From: a virus
IMG/VR virus record: IMGVR_UViG_3300011116_000416
Span: 1-64,000 of that record
DNA: 64,000 nt
Reading direction: 5' to 3' (one strand)
How positions within the stretch are numbered: position 1 is the stretch's first letter; every line of letters begins with the position of its first letter. Positions 46,162 to 59,400 of the stretch are shown here, one piece after another. The notes beneath the pieces are model-generated. The model made no database searches. It was not told the DNA's origin and saw nothing but the letters and a program-made list of their open reading frames with translations. The position numbers and the translations under genes are program-made.

Positions 46162-47513
46162 TATGTCACATCCACAACTGCTTTAAATTCCATAAAGTTT
46201 GCAGTGTTTTCTTTTTTAATGATTGGTTGTAAATCGGTTGTTGCTATTTTTGTATATCCTGTTAAACCATAAACGTTACTAAAAGATGATATATTTTCAA
46301 TTCTCATTGCATCTAAGGCTACATAGAAGTCATCTGGAGTAGCACCTCCAGAGCCAGTGACATAAACATAAATATGTACAACAGTTACTTCAGACCATTT
46401 AAATGAGGCACTTTTAACTAATTCACTTAATTTTTTAGTTGCAACAACATATCTATTATTTGGATAATCTTGTTGCGTTGTTGATGTTCCATTATCTAAA
46501 TTCACTACAAAATTTGCATAGTTTGTTGCAGATTCATCACTTAGGAATCTTACTAATATTTTTACATTGCTTACTGCATCTGTGTTTCCAATTCCACCTT
46601 TATTTAACACCGAAAATGCTAGCTTTAATTCATCATCAGTTGAATTTGAATCAAAATCAAATCCGTTTGGTGTATCTAGATGTAAGTGAGAGCCAGAACT
46701 TATTGTAAGATTGCTTCCGCTAGCTGCTAAAACTGATGTATCTCCTCTTATGATGACTACGTTATTTAGAAATCTCGGTCTTTCATATCTATTAATTCTT
46801 GTAGGATATAGTGTGCTATCAAACAATCCATTATCTGCGTTTGTAAAAAATGCGTCAGAGGTTTCTGTTATGTCATTATTTGCATTTGTTATTGCTCCAA
46901 ATTTTTCTGGAATAGAAGTTATGGCTGTTCCTGTATCATATTGCCAAGCTTCCGTTGTGTTAAATAGCATAATGTTTATACTGTCTGAGCCAGTTGCAGT
47001 TGGATTTACAAGAGCTGGATAAAGACCAACCTCTGTAATTTCATATCTATTTAAACTAGGAAGTTCTGCAGTAAAAATTATTTTAGATATTCCATCTTCT
47101 GTTACATAAGATTTTGAAATTATTGGAACCCTTTCCATTTCAAATAGCATAGATGTTTTATTTGCAAAGCTTACTACCGCAGTTCCTGTTGGGCTTACTG
47201 CAGTAGAACTAATGGTTGCCGAAGAAGCAACCGTATAAACTAGTGATGTGTTGCTAGTTCCAGCAATTAATTGATATGTTCCATTAAGTCTAGTATCTAC
47301 GTTATAAACACTAATATAATCACCAACAGCAAGTCCATGTGCAACTGAAGTTGTTAAAGTTGCGGTATTTGATAATAATGCCTTATTGTTAATTGTAAAT
47401 GTTTGTGTAGAGACTGGTTTTGTTCCACAGCCAATAGCCAAATAAGATGCGAACTCTTGTGCCTGACCAACAAGATATTTGCCAATTATCGATTTTCCTG
47501 TATTTGTAATCAT
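46161..47513 (-). CDS. Minor tail / baseplate protein
   Basis: MITNTGK.II.KYL..., FTAELP...YEITEVGLY. Confidence 0.7.
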   Translation of the reverse strand: MITNTGKSIIGKYLVGQAQEFASYLAIGCGTKPVSTQTFTINNKALLSNTATLTTSVAHGLAVGDYISVYNVDTRLNGTYQLIAGTSNTSLVYTVASSATISSTAVSPTGTAVVSFANKTSMLFEMERVPIISKSYVTEDGISKIIFTAELPSLNRYEITEVGLYPALVNPTATGSDSINIMLFNTTEAWQYDTGTAITSIPEKFGAITNANNDITETSDAFFTNADNGLFDSTLYPTRINRYERPRFLNNVVIIRGDTSVLAASGSNLTISSGSHLHLDTPNGFDFDSNSTDDELKLAFSVLNKGGIGNTDAVSNVKILVRFLSDESATNYANFVVNLDNGTSTTQQDYPNNRYVVATKKLSELVKSASFKWSEVTVVHIYVYVTGSGGATPDDFYVALDAMRIENISSFSNVYGLTGYTKIATTDLQPIIKKENTANFMEFKAVVDVT

Positions 47514-47559
47514 ATTATCCTAGAATCTATTGTAGCAGATTTAGCCCATACTTTCTTTA

Positions 47560-48093
47560 TCATGGCAACAATGACCCCCAGTTTCCAAAAACTAGCTTCG
47601 TTTCTGGGGTTGCTATTTGAAGCACAATTTGAGTATTTTTAGGAACACCAGTTGTAGGAACATTAATAGTAATAACCCCAGAGGTGGATGTTGTAGAGCC
47701 ATAACCCTTGATATCCTCTGCATAAATTGCCGCCATTGTTTTAATTGGTATAATTTTTGTAGAACGATTAGACTCGGTTATTTCCCTAATATTCGAAATA
47801 TTGTCAGTTAGACCAAGCACTTGAATATTACTATTTATATTATTATTTAAAGCAAGACCAACAATATCTTTTGCACTTATTTCATCAAATAGTGCTTGGG
47901 TTATTTGGTCTACCGTGACTTCTGGCTCATTTTGAATAAATAAATTTGATGTAGCTATCTTAACATCATTTGTCTTTTTTATATCCTTTTTAGGAACTTC
48001 TGGTGTTGCCGCTGTAAGTTCCGCCCTTCTTGGACTTGAAAAACCTGATGCTGATGTCGCTGTTCTTTCTGCAATTCTTGCATTTACTGACAT
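47560..48093 (-). CDS. Minor tail protein
   Basis: Tail module position. Confidence 0.6.
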   Translation of the reverse strand: MSVNARIAERTATSASGFSSPRRAELTAATPEVPKKDIKKTNDVKIATSNLFIQNEPEVTVDQITQALFDEISAKDIVGLALNNNINSNIQVLGLTDNISNIREITESNRSTKIIPIKTMAAIYAEDIKGYGSTTSTSGVITINVPTTGVPKNTQIVLQIATPETKLVFGNWGSLLP

Positions 48094-48094
48094 A

Positions 48095-51000
48095 TTACAC
48101 TACCTCACTTACATATACTAGCATACTTAATCCAGTTTCGTTTTTGCTATGTTCAATTCCATATACAAGAAATTTTGAATTTGGGGATACTTCAAATACA
48201 TCAGAGCCTGGATTTGTATAGTTAATTTGAACGATATCTCCCAGTTGCAAAATTGGTAAACCAAAAACATCTATACCCAATACTTGTCTTGGTTTTCTTA
48301 ATTTATTAATTGTCCAATCCATAAGTCTATATGCTGTATCGTAGTTTTGAATATATGGTGAATCGATTGTAAACGATTTTGTTCCATATGTTAATCTACT
48401 ATTTTTAATATCAGTATATTGCTTTTTGTAAGAGTTTGGGTCTTCTCCAAAATTAAGACCATCATTATAAGATAGGTCGCTTCTCTTAAGGTAGTATTCA
48501 TCTACCGTTAAATCGTGAGTTGATTCTTGTGTAAACGCTATTCCTAGAATTCTTAAATAATTTCCAGATGTTGCGTCTAATGAAAGTGCAGAATCAGTAG
48601 CGTTAAATACTAAAAATTCTGCACCATATGGATTATCATTATATCCAGAAACAACGTATCCTCTTTCACCAGTAAATGTTGGTGCAATTTTAGAAAATAG
48701 TGCTGGATAAGCTTTTTCAAATCTAACATTAAAATAAGCCATCTCTCTCATAATTGTTCCAAATTCTTCATAGTATATTGTTGGTGCTGGTTTTCCAGTT
48801 GTTCTAATTCCGCTCAAAGCTGTTGATTGCAAAATTCCACTAAGAGCATATCTATTTGTAGAAATAGTTGCTGAAGATTCTCTAAAAATTGAATTAACTA
48901 ATTTTATATCCTCTGTATTGTTGGCGGTTGTGTCTACTGCAAATACGTTTTCAAACATTACTTTTGAGGAACCACGAATAAACAAGCCAACATTTTGAAC
49001 AAGAGGCAATGGAGAAGTATCTTCTACTGTGTCGATAAGACTATTATTTAGGTATATATAAAATTTTCTGCGATTACCTACTGTGAGCTCTTGTTCTGCT
49101 TGAACCGATAGGTCGTATACCGTTGGGTTTTGTTCTGCAGATACCCTACCCTGACCCACAAACTGACCATCATCTGTAATGATTGACCTTAAAGAACTAG
49201 ATAACAATATTGGTTTTAAGACACCGTTAGTTTTTTGTAACTTTGTGCTTGAAAGTGCAACATAATTGCCATTCTCTGTGGATGGTGATTGTCCAGTTAG
49301 TCTGACATAATCTCCAGCGGTAACTCCAGAAATTGCAGAAGATGCAGTAAAAATATCTCCGCTTAAACTTCCAGCAATATTATCTTTTGTTATTTCATAA
49401 GCCACTAGCTTATAAAATAAAACATTATAAATATCACTAGCAGATGTTATTCCTGTAAGAATTGGATTGCTGTCAGTTAATGCTATGATTTCATAGTAAT
49501 ATCCCTCTCCAGCTGCATTTGTGTAAAATGACATACCGCCAGACGAACCACCCAAAACCGTAGTTTTGTTTTTAGAATTTGTTAGAGAATATATGTCTAT
49601 GCTTCCATTTGGAAATTGTTTCGATGATGAAGATTCTTTATTTCCAATAATTCTCATTCTGGTTCCAAACGTATCGTATTTTGAGCCAGAAGATGTTAAA
49701 TTTTTAGTGATTCTATTAATTGATGCAGATGCAGAGCTATCTAAAACAAAGCCAGCTCCAGAGAATACCAAACTTGATGATTGCAACATATCTGTAGATG
49801 TGTCATATTTTTGTGTAGACATATTGTATTTTAGTGTAGATAAATAATTTTTAATTGCATAAGTTGCTGTGCCTAATTTTGTTAATGCAGACACATTTTC
49901 TGTTATGTTGGTAGATTTTTCTTCATTAAACACGTTTGTATAGACACCAGTATTTTCGTTTTTCTTTACATTAAATAAAAACTGGTAGTCGTTCAGGGTT
50001 GATTTTATTGTAGATGTTTGCCAATCTGTAATATTTGAACTTATTAAATGGTTGGTTATTGTTGTTCCAAATTGACCTCTACCGTGTTTTGCAACATCTC
50101 CTTCTTTTAACTTTCCATCTCTAGTCCATCTAGGTTCTGCATAAATTCTAACTTTTCCAGTCGGATACATTCTTCCACCTGCAGGTAAACTAGCAAAATA
50201 TTTTTGATAATCTTCTGTACTTGTAATAAATACTTCATTGTTTAAATAAGCTGTTCCAGATGTGGTTATTGCTCCTGTTGTTGTAGTTTTAAACTTAAAT
50301 TGTGTTAAATTTGGAACTGCTGTAATTGTTTGAACTCCACGATATCCAATAGGAACCACATCCATGATTACTATTTCATCCCCAACTTGCAAGTTATGAT
50401 TTGCGGAAGCAGTAAAAGTAACTTCTCCAGCTACTGAAACTATGCTAGAGTTATTTGCTGGTGTAATTGATATTGGAGAATTTGGAGATGTTACGTTATA
50501 TTGTATTGCATCATATTTTATAATTTCACCATTTGCATAGAAATATCCGTTATATCTACTCAGCCAGTAAACGCCATCCCCAAATTCAATGATATTGTTT
50601 ACAATTTGTCCCTTATTGTTTACCTGTGGTACTGAACTCCTTAATACTGCGTTTAACGGTACCGCACTTAAAACATAATTTGATTGAGTGGATAGCTCTT
50701 CATTAATGCTTTTGGTAGTTTGTTCTCCAGAAACTTCCCAAAGTAAAACTGGCTTATATCTCCAAATCCTATCTTTATCTAATTTACTTGCTTGTGTTAA
50801 TGAACTTATAGATTTTTGAATATATCTATTTTTATAAATAACCTTACCATCATTAAAGATGTCTTTATTTTCACCTTTTAAATTTATTATATTTGCTTTA
50901 ATTCCATTTGATAAATCATCGCCATATAAAACTATGTTTGTGTCCCTAACATTGCTTGTTTCTGGAACCAAAAATTGTTTGCTCATACAAACAAAATTAT

Positions 51001-52856
51001 TGTCCTCGTCAAAAAACATTGCTGTTTGCGTAGAAGTAGCTAGGTCATTTAAAACTTCCATTATTGTTTTGTCTGGTGGTACAAAAAAGTATGGAATAAC
51101 TGGGTCATATTCCCCAAAAGCCCTTTTAAAAATATAATTTGTAAATCCAATATTATCTAGCAAAGTTGCTATAATTTTGCTTAGAGTTGCATTATTTAAC
51201 ATAATTCTAGGTGCTAAAATTGATTCGAAATAAAATGACAAATCTCTTAAATTAAAGGTTACTTCTCTATTTGCATTATCGTATTGAGGATATCCGTCTG
51301 TATACATTGTTTTAACTGGTAGCATATAGTCTTTAAAACTTGACAAAACTGGAACAGATATCACAGACTCGTAAAACTTAAGTTGTAAATTTTTACTTGC
51401 AAAGGTAAATTGTAATTCATCTCCTGCATACTTATTTAATATACTAAATTTATTATTTTGATTAAATGCCTGGCTAAAATCAAATAGACTCATTTGTCCA
51501 GTTGAAGCTAAAAGCTGCCCTACTGGAAGGCTTGTCAAGCCGATGTCTGAAGCCATTTTCTTTATTGAATACGACACTACAATATCTGAAATGTCTGCTG
51601 TTAATCTTGGAGAAAGCTCAATCAGGTCAAAGGTTGTATTGACGTTCTTCATTTTTGTTACAGAAAGTCTTAATCCATCGACATAATCGAACTGTCTATA
51701 TACCCTTGTAGAGTTAGACATGTAATAATCTACTTTATCTGTTCTATCTTCGGTATCTGTTTTTGGAACTATAAAATCTGTTACATATTGCTGTGTGTTT
51801 GTAACAGTTTGTGTATTCTTATACCATCCATAGTTAGGAACAACCTGCTCCCAAGAATCTCCATCCCAAATATGTAAAGTTCCAATGCTTTGGTTTGTTG
51901 CCTTTAATAAATATGCAAAGCCCTTTTCTTTGTCGGATAGATTTGGCAACACAAAATTAGAAGAAACATTATCAATTAATTTAAAATTATTAGTGTATGC
52001 AACTGGAATATTTGTAATTCCATAAGATAATTCTAGATATCCATCTGTTGGAAAATCATCGCCTCCGTTATAAACTGTTGTCCAGGTTGTACCAACCAAC
52101 TTTTCTAGCTTCCATTCAACTGGGGTTGATTTATAATTTGTTGCAGAGCCAGACCAAAATGGGTCATTCGTTCCATCTGGCTTAAGGTCTAGTTTAATAT
52201 CTCCGACATTTGTTTGAACCTTAATTACGACTCTATTTGCTGGAATTGAATTTTTATATTTAACAAATGGTGCAACATCTTCAATAAGAAATTCACCAGA
52301 CTTATTGTAAGAAAGACCAACAATTTCGGTATCACTTGGTTTAGATAATGATGTTATTCTTCTATAGGAAGACCAGTATTTAAATATATCATCTTTTCCA
52401 GCAACATAATATCTTGGTCTAGAATAAGTTGTTTCATTTGTTGGTGGTATTTTGTTATTAGCATCAAATCTTAACTTATTAATTCCAGAACGTGGTCTAA
52501 ATCTAGTAAAACATGACTCTAGTGACATGAGTAATTTTTGCTGGTCATTTTGCTTTAAGAAAATGGCTGGGGTACTACCATCTTCTTCATAGCCACCATC
52601 TATCACTGTATCATAGTCTGTTCCACCATAATATCTTGGACTTGTTGTGTTTTCATCCTCTAAAACAAAAGTTGTTGGTAATGTGGCATATGTTGAAACA
52701 TATCTAGAACTAGCTGTATCATGTCTATAAAAATAATTACCAATAACATCCAGATTTTCAAATATGTTTAGATTCCATTCGGCAATTATTTTACTTTTTA
52801 ATTCTACAACACTAGATGTTTGCAGATGATTTGTTAAATCACTATCTGTATACATT
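48095..52856 (-). CDS. Large minor tail / baseplate hub protein
   Basis: ~1590 aa; C-terminal GLPILQLGDIVQI hub motif; downstream of tape measure and Dit. Confidence 0.8.
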
Positions 52857-53490
52857 ATGCCTCCTCTAGTGTCATTTGTATATTCCACATATCGTAATTT
52901 GTTCTACCACGTTTTTCTACGGACCATGTGAAATTTGTTATATACATTTCCAATCTTTCATTATATTGTGTTAGTTTTGTAAAAGATGATGCATCTTTAT
53001 CTCCACTAACACCAGCAACAGGAAATTCTGCATAATTGTCATATGCTAAAAAGACCCAAAAGGTTCCATAATGATTGTTGTACCAATCTAAAAGTTCTAC
53101 TCCACCTGCTCCACCATCAACTGTATATTCATCTACCGTGCTAGTTGGTGCACCTGTTGTTGTATTAAAATTAGGGTCTGAGCTATATGCTCTAGATGGT
53201 AGCATTTGCCAGCTAACAGAGAGCTGTCTTTTATCGGCTACCCAATAAGAACGCATACGACCGTTAACCATACGCTGACGATTTTCAATTCTTTGAACGT
53301 TAAAATCTAAAGCACTTCTGTTATGGTCAGAAAGTATTAAAAAATCTCCATTATTATTTGAGGCGTTTCCTATTTCAAGACCATCTGGAACATAAATACC
53401 ATTATCAATAGAGCCAGAACTTTCTGAAAACAGAATAGCTTGAGGTCTTGGGTAGGACTTTCTACCATTGATATATCCTGAAGTAGCCAT
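52855..53490 (-). CDS. Distal tail (Dit)-like protein
   Basis: Directly after tape measure; RMVNGRMRSY..DKR...SW, WNIQMTLEEA. Confidence 0.7.
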   Translation of the reverse strand: MATSGYINGRKSYPRPQAILFSESSGSIDNGIYVPDGLEIGNASNNNGDFLILSDHNRSALDFNVQRIENRQRMVNGRMRSYWVADKRQLSVSWQMLPSRAYSSDPNFNTTTGAPTSTVDEYTVDGGAGGVELLDWYNNHYGTFWVFLAYDNYAEFPVAGVSGDKDASSFTKLTQYNERLEMYITNFTWSVEKRGRTNYDMWNIQMTLEEA

Positions 53491-56400
53491 TAGATAGTGT
53501 TGCCCCTAACTCTCATATTGTCAATACGTCTAATTTGTGTCAGAACTGCCTGAGCAATTGTGTCAGGGTTAGAATCAGAACGAACATTGACGTTTATACT
53601 ATAATTATACACTGAATCGCCTATGCTTGCTCCATTATTAATACTTCCTAATTTAGCGGCACCTATTCTGTCTACCGCTGACTTCTTAATTACAAATTCT
53701 CCTGGGGTAAGCATAGCAGGAACAATATCGGTTCCACGAGCAGCCCCACCAAATGCAAAGTATGAGACTAAACCACCTTTAGCAAATGGTTTTCTGGCAT
53801 ATCCAGCAAAACTTCCAGACCCAAGAGTCTTAGTTAAATCCGCATATTCTAATGCATTTAGCATTTCTTGTAAATCTTGTTTTGTATATTTCTTTCCACC
53901 AACAGTTACAGTTGCACCAGCAAGCTCTGCTTCTCTAGCTGCATTAATTCCAGCCCTTTGGTCTTCAAGTGCGGACTGGGCATTCTGTGCCCTAATTCCA
54001 GTAACAATTCCAGCAGCAGCAGAAATATCTCCACGAGACAAAGCATCCGCAAGGTCAAGCTGTCCTCTTTGCTGTTGAGCAATCTTGTCGTTAGCTTTCT
54101 GAATCTCGTCTAATTTCTTTAGCCTTGCATCATATTTCTTATTAATGGCATCTTCTTGTTTACCTAACAATGTCATGGCTGCATTTAATCTAGACTGTTT
54201 TTTGATTGCAATATCTTGAGCAATTTCTGCTGGAGTTTTTTGCTGTTCTAAAGAATCTGTAATTGCATCCATAATTTCGGAAATTGCATTTGTAAGACTA
54301 TTTCTTGTCCATTGTTTTGCTGCTTCTTGTACTCTAGGACTTGCACCAGCCAATTTACCCTTGCCACTAAGAATATCGGCTTGGCTCTTAGTTACTTCAA
54401 TTCCAAGCGAAGATGCCTTGATAATCAAAAGTTTATCGTTTATGTCTTTTAGCCCCTGAACAGTTGTTTTAATACTACTTGGAAGATTGTTTACCGCAAT
54501 GTTTAATAGCTTTATTGCAACGCTTTTATCTTTTATGTTATTTAATTTTTCTCCCAGGTTATCAAACTGTGCATTAAAGGCTTTGATGTCTAAAGTGCCT
54601 TCTTTAAATTGACTAGAAAAACCTTTAAGCATAGTCGATAGATTAGCACCAGTTGTATATAATGCCTTGTCAGTTTTTAACTGCTCTGGTGTTCTTTGAT
54701 TGTTTCCAAAATTATACCGACCAAAGTCCTGAGCCTTTGTTCCATAATATCCAGTTTGACCAGATACTGGTTTCGGCATATTTGCTGCCACAATTTTTTC
54801 TGCAGTAGATATTTGATAACCTATATTTTCCTGAACTGCCTTATTGGTTATCTTATTTACATCAAATGCTATATTTGACTTTCCAGAAGATTGCCTTAAA
54901 GCATTCATAACTGTTTGAATCATGTCATCTTTAAATCCCTTGCCTCTTAAGCCTACGGTTAATGATGTCATTAAATTTCTTGTTTCTTCTGCTGTTGCTT
55001 TTTTAAGTGCGTCTATTGTTGAGCCAAATTCTTTTTTAAATTCTGGTAACCCCAACAGAGCCGCTGTAGATTGCATTTGTCCTACATCTTTAGTTAATCC
55101 TGCAGATATTTTAGCTGTTTCAAGCGGTGATTTTTCATTTGGAGCTATGCCAAAAAAGTCACCCAAAGTTTTTATTTTTTTACTTGTTAGAGTTGCAGCA
55201 TTTCCTAAGTCATGTATTGCCTTATACTCCTTTTTCTTTCTCTCCTGCTCTTGATTATATAAAAGTGTTAATCCACCTACCGCTAAAGCTAATCCACCAA
55301 AAACTGGTAATAATGGAGTTATTGCTGGCAATAAAGCACCAAATCCACTGATTAAGTTTGGGAACATTGATGTAAGTGTTGACATTAACATTACTGGTCC
55401 AGCAGCTTGTCCAGCAATTTGTCCAACTGGACCAGGCATCATAGAAGCCATACCAACAGTAGAGCTAAGACCAAATCCAACACCCATAACTCTATTTCTA
55501 TCTATTTTCTGCAATCCTGCGGACGCTCTTCCTACTCCACTATTTAATGCATAATTAAATCTGGATTTAAATCTTTCTAGTCTTGTTCCCTGTCTAGGAC
55601 CTTGTAGAATACCGCCTTGTCCATCAAAATCGGTAGCAAACATTCCAGGAATATATTTTGTTCCAGACGAAGCAGCAATACCATTACGCATACCCTGTGT
55701 AGCTGCTGCACCTAGCTGTTCACCAGTAATAACAGCTTCTTTAATTTTTTTCTTTGCACCAGCGTTAAGACTTTGTCCATAGTTCTGTCCAATTGCATCA
55801 GCTTCCCTTGATGGAGAAGCCATTCTAGTGCTCTTCTTAAATCCTTTTTGAACTCCTTCTTTAGCACTAGCTTGAACCTGCTGAATTATATTTGTGGCAG
55901 CAGCTTCTACTATTGCTTCAACTTCATATGCAAACTTTCCTCTGGAAGCTCCACTACCAGCACCCATCCAAGGTCCCATGAGTTGTACAAGCCTTGCCTG
56001 TCTTCTTACATCTCCTGTTCTTCTTGCAAATCTTTCTGGAGTATATATTTCTGATGTACCAGTTGCCATGGCTCTAGTTGCAAATTTAATTCTGTCTTCT
56101 GCTGAAGTTGTTCCAGAAAAACTTGTAACATTTTTGCCATATGGATTTATAACAGATGGGGTAAGATATGCCAATGCAGATTTTCTTGACAATTCTGAAC
56201 CAGTAAGACCTTGAGTCCTAAGTGCTGCAATCTTTTTATCTTGTTCTGTCAGAAGTCTTTCTGCCTCTATTCTTGCTTTTTCTACAGACAAACCTTGTTT
56301 TGAAATTAATGATGCTTCTAATGCTTCTTTTGCTGTTTTTCTTGCAAAAGCAACTCTTTCATTATCTGCATTTGCCACGTCAGCCAGGGCTTTTGAAGCA

Positions 56401-59400
56401 ACTGTCCCCCTATTCGACAATTCTTTTAATGCAGAAACTTCTTCTTCTCTAGCCTTAATTTCTCCATTTTTAATTTTTAGCAATCTTTCATCGGCTAACT
56501 TCCCTTGCTCAGATGATGCTTCTAATGTTGATGCCCTACCCTTGATTCCCAAAGGATTATATGCCATATTAATATTTGCTGCTTCTGGAATAGTTGTACC
56601 ACCATAAAGTCTTCCAGTTCCAAATAATGTGCCATATCCTTGTTTAATTGTCTCTAATAAGGTCATATGTCTTTGACGTGCTTCGGTAATTCCCTTTGCA
56701 CCCTGTTTTATTTCATAAACCATTACTTTAGCTTCTGCGATTTCAGGCGATAGGTCTATCATTTCTGATAAAGTTGATGATAAACTTTCTGCTTGTAAAA
56801 TATCTAAATGTGAAGCTTGTGCACGAGTTGGGTCATTCGGTCCTTTAATTTTAAGACCTGCAGTTCCTTTTGCAAATTTAGGTAGACTATCTGCAATCAT
56901 TCCCTTGACAATACCAGAATATTTCTGTGCCTGTTTAGCAGGAATAATAGCTTCGCCATTTGATACCATAGCTAAGATAGAGTCTGAAGTGCCTGAGCCT
57001 GGACCAGAAATTATTCCACCATTAGCAAGATAGTTGTGTTTTGACGTAAACATCTTTCCTAATTCTCTAGAAGATGTTCCAAGGTCAAAAACCGATATGT
57101 TTTCTAAACCATTTTCTTTTAGAAGCTTTTGAACCTCTACTATTTTTGCAGCTGTTCTTTCTGGGAAGTCATTAGAAATACCAATTCTTTCAACATCCTG
57201 TATACTAAATCCGCCTGGCAAATGTGCTTCAATATATGGAATTGCACCCATCTTGCTATCTTTGTATATTGACTTACTGGCTTTCAATGTTTTTGCAAGA
57301 GAAGACTTGTTTGTTTGGAATAATTTCCTAACTAATGGAACTTTCTTGCCAAGTTTTAATGCCTGTTCCCAAATTGTTAGTGTATCTCCAAATGATATAG
57401 ATGCTCTTGCTAGTGCTTCTGGTTTTAAGAATAACGTGTTTTCTCCATATTTTCTTAATGCCACGCTTTGAGGATTAATTAGTCTAAGGAACTCTTCCTC
57501 AATTCTTTGCTCTGGAGTAAGTGGGTCGTGGGTGCCAAAGGAGTCTTTTTTCAGTTGTGTTGGCGTTCCACCCTGATACAGGGTTCCATAATAAGTTGGT
57601 ACCATTTCTTTACTTGTCAAGAATCCATAAACTGGTCGCTGACCAGCACCAGAACCAACTGGAACACCCATTGTTGCTTTTTCAATAAGGGCTCGCTGTG
57701 ACTGAGTGTCCTGTGCTGAACTTCTTACACCATGGAACAAACTCTTATATTGACCTTCTTGAATAAACTGACCTAAAGCATCACCACGCATCTTAAAAGC
57801 AAGCGTTGGTGTTCTACTTGCAGCAGCCTTGCCACCAAAAAGTTGGAAAAGACTTCTTGCATTTGCCATTGCGGTATTAATAACTCCACCAGCAGCAAAT
57901 CTAGGAAGATTATCCATAATCATGTTCTGAATTAAACCAGAATATTTTGCTGTCTGTTTTGCTGGAATAACTGCTTCACCATTAGAAAGCATTGCTGGAA
58001 TTGAATCTGATGTTCCTGTGCCAGGACCTCTAACAATACCACCCTTAGCAAATGCCTTTCTCTTGGTACCATCTCCAGATACGATTGGTCCCATAAATGC
58101 TCGTTGTGCTGCAATAGAACGACCGTAGGCTGCTGTTAGTTGGTCAACTGCTTTTGCTTCTACTGTAAATCTTTGCTGCAGTTTAGAGTGTACCTGTTCA
58201 AGAGATGCTCCTACTGCTGCCGCCTCAATTTGCTTAGTTGTCATATACTTTGTTTGAGAACCAAGGTCAAGAGATGACTTTCCTGTTCTGTTAAAGAAGT
58301 CTTTTAGATTAGCAAATAGCTTAATTAAGTTTGCCACACCGTTAGCAATTAGACCAAATGTCATTAGCAAGACTGGACCTAATCCACCAACACCAGCAAC
58401 TAGAATCATTGCAAAGTTTTTAACGGAATCTGGAAGATTATTGAAAGCATTAAGTATCTTGGTAATTCCATCAATAATTGGTGTAACTACCTTCATAAAC
58501 TGCTCACCAATTGGAGCCATAGCAGCCTGTAGCTTGGCAACACTTTCCTGGAACTTATACATGGTGGACTCTTGCATCTTTTCCATTTCTTTTTGAGAGA
58601 TGTATGCAAGTTGCTGTGGTGTTCTTGCTGCAAGCTCCATTACCCTATTTGCTTGGCTATTTTCATCTGCCACGTTCTTGAACAATGTGGATAGACGAGA
58701 GAACTGGAACTTACCAAACATCTGCTCAATAGCACGAGCACGGTTTAGAGGGTCTAGAGTGTCAAGTGCAGATGCAAAGTTAAGAACTGTTTGCTTTAGA
58801 TTTCCTTGGTCCTTTTCTACGATAGCATTGATGTCAATACCCATCTGCTTCATCATTGCACTCGTTTTAGCTGTTGGGTTAATCAAGGATGCCAGACCAG
58901 ACTTTAAGGCGTTAGCACCCTCTGAAGCGTTAACACCACCTTCTTTCATAGCAGTTAGGAAGAACGTTAAGTCTTCTACATCTCCACCAAGCTGTCTAAC
59001 TACTGGAGCAGCCTTTGGAATTGCAATTGTTAGGTCTTCAATCGATGTAATGGTTTGGTTTTCTACTGCGTTTAGGAAGTCTATTTTCTTTGTTAGGTCT
59101 TCCGCAGAAATACCAAATGCGTCAACCAAAGAGATTGTTGTTTGAAGTGCTTGCTGTTGGTCAATAGCACCTAGAGTTGCAAGCTTATTTGCCTGTGTTA
59201 CCTGTGCTAATAGTTTTGCACCTGTAGCACCAGTGGCAGCAGCGGTAGCAGCCATATCCATGGTATCTTGAACAGTAAGTCCAAACTTGGTAAATTCCAT
59301 AGCAATCTTTTTGATATCATTGAATACCTTGTTTGTTTCTTCTGTTGTTGTAAACATGTCTCCATAGACACGCTTAAACTTGATTGCTGCTTTTTCCATT

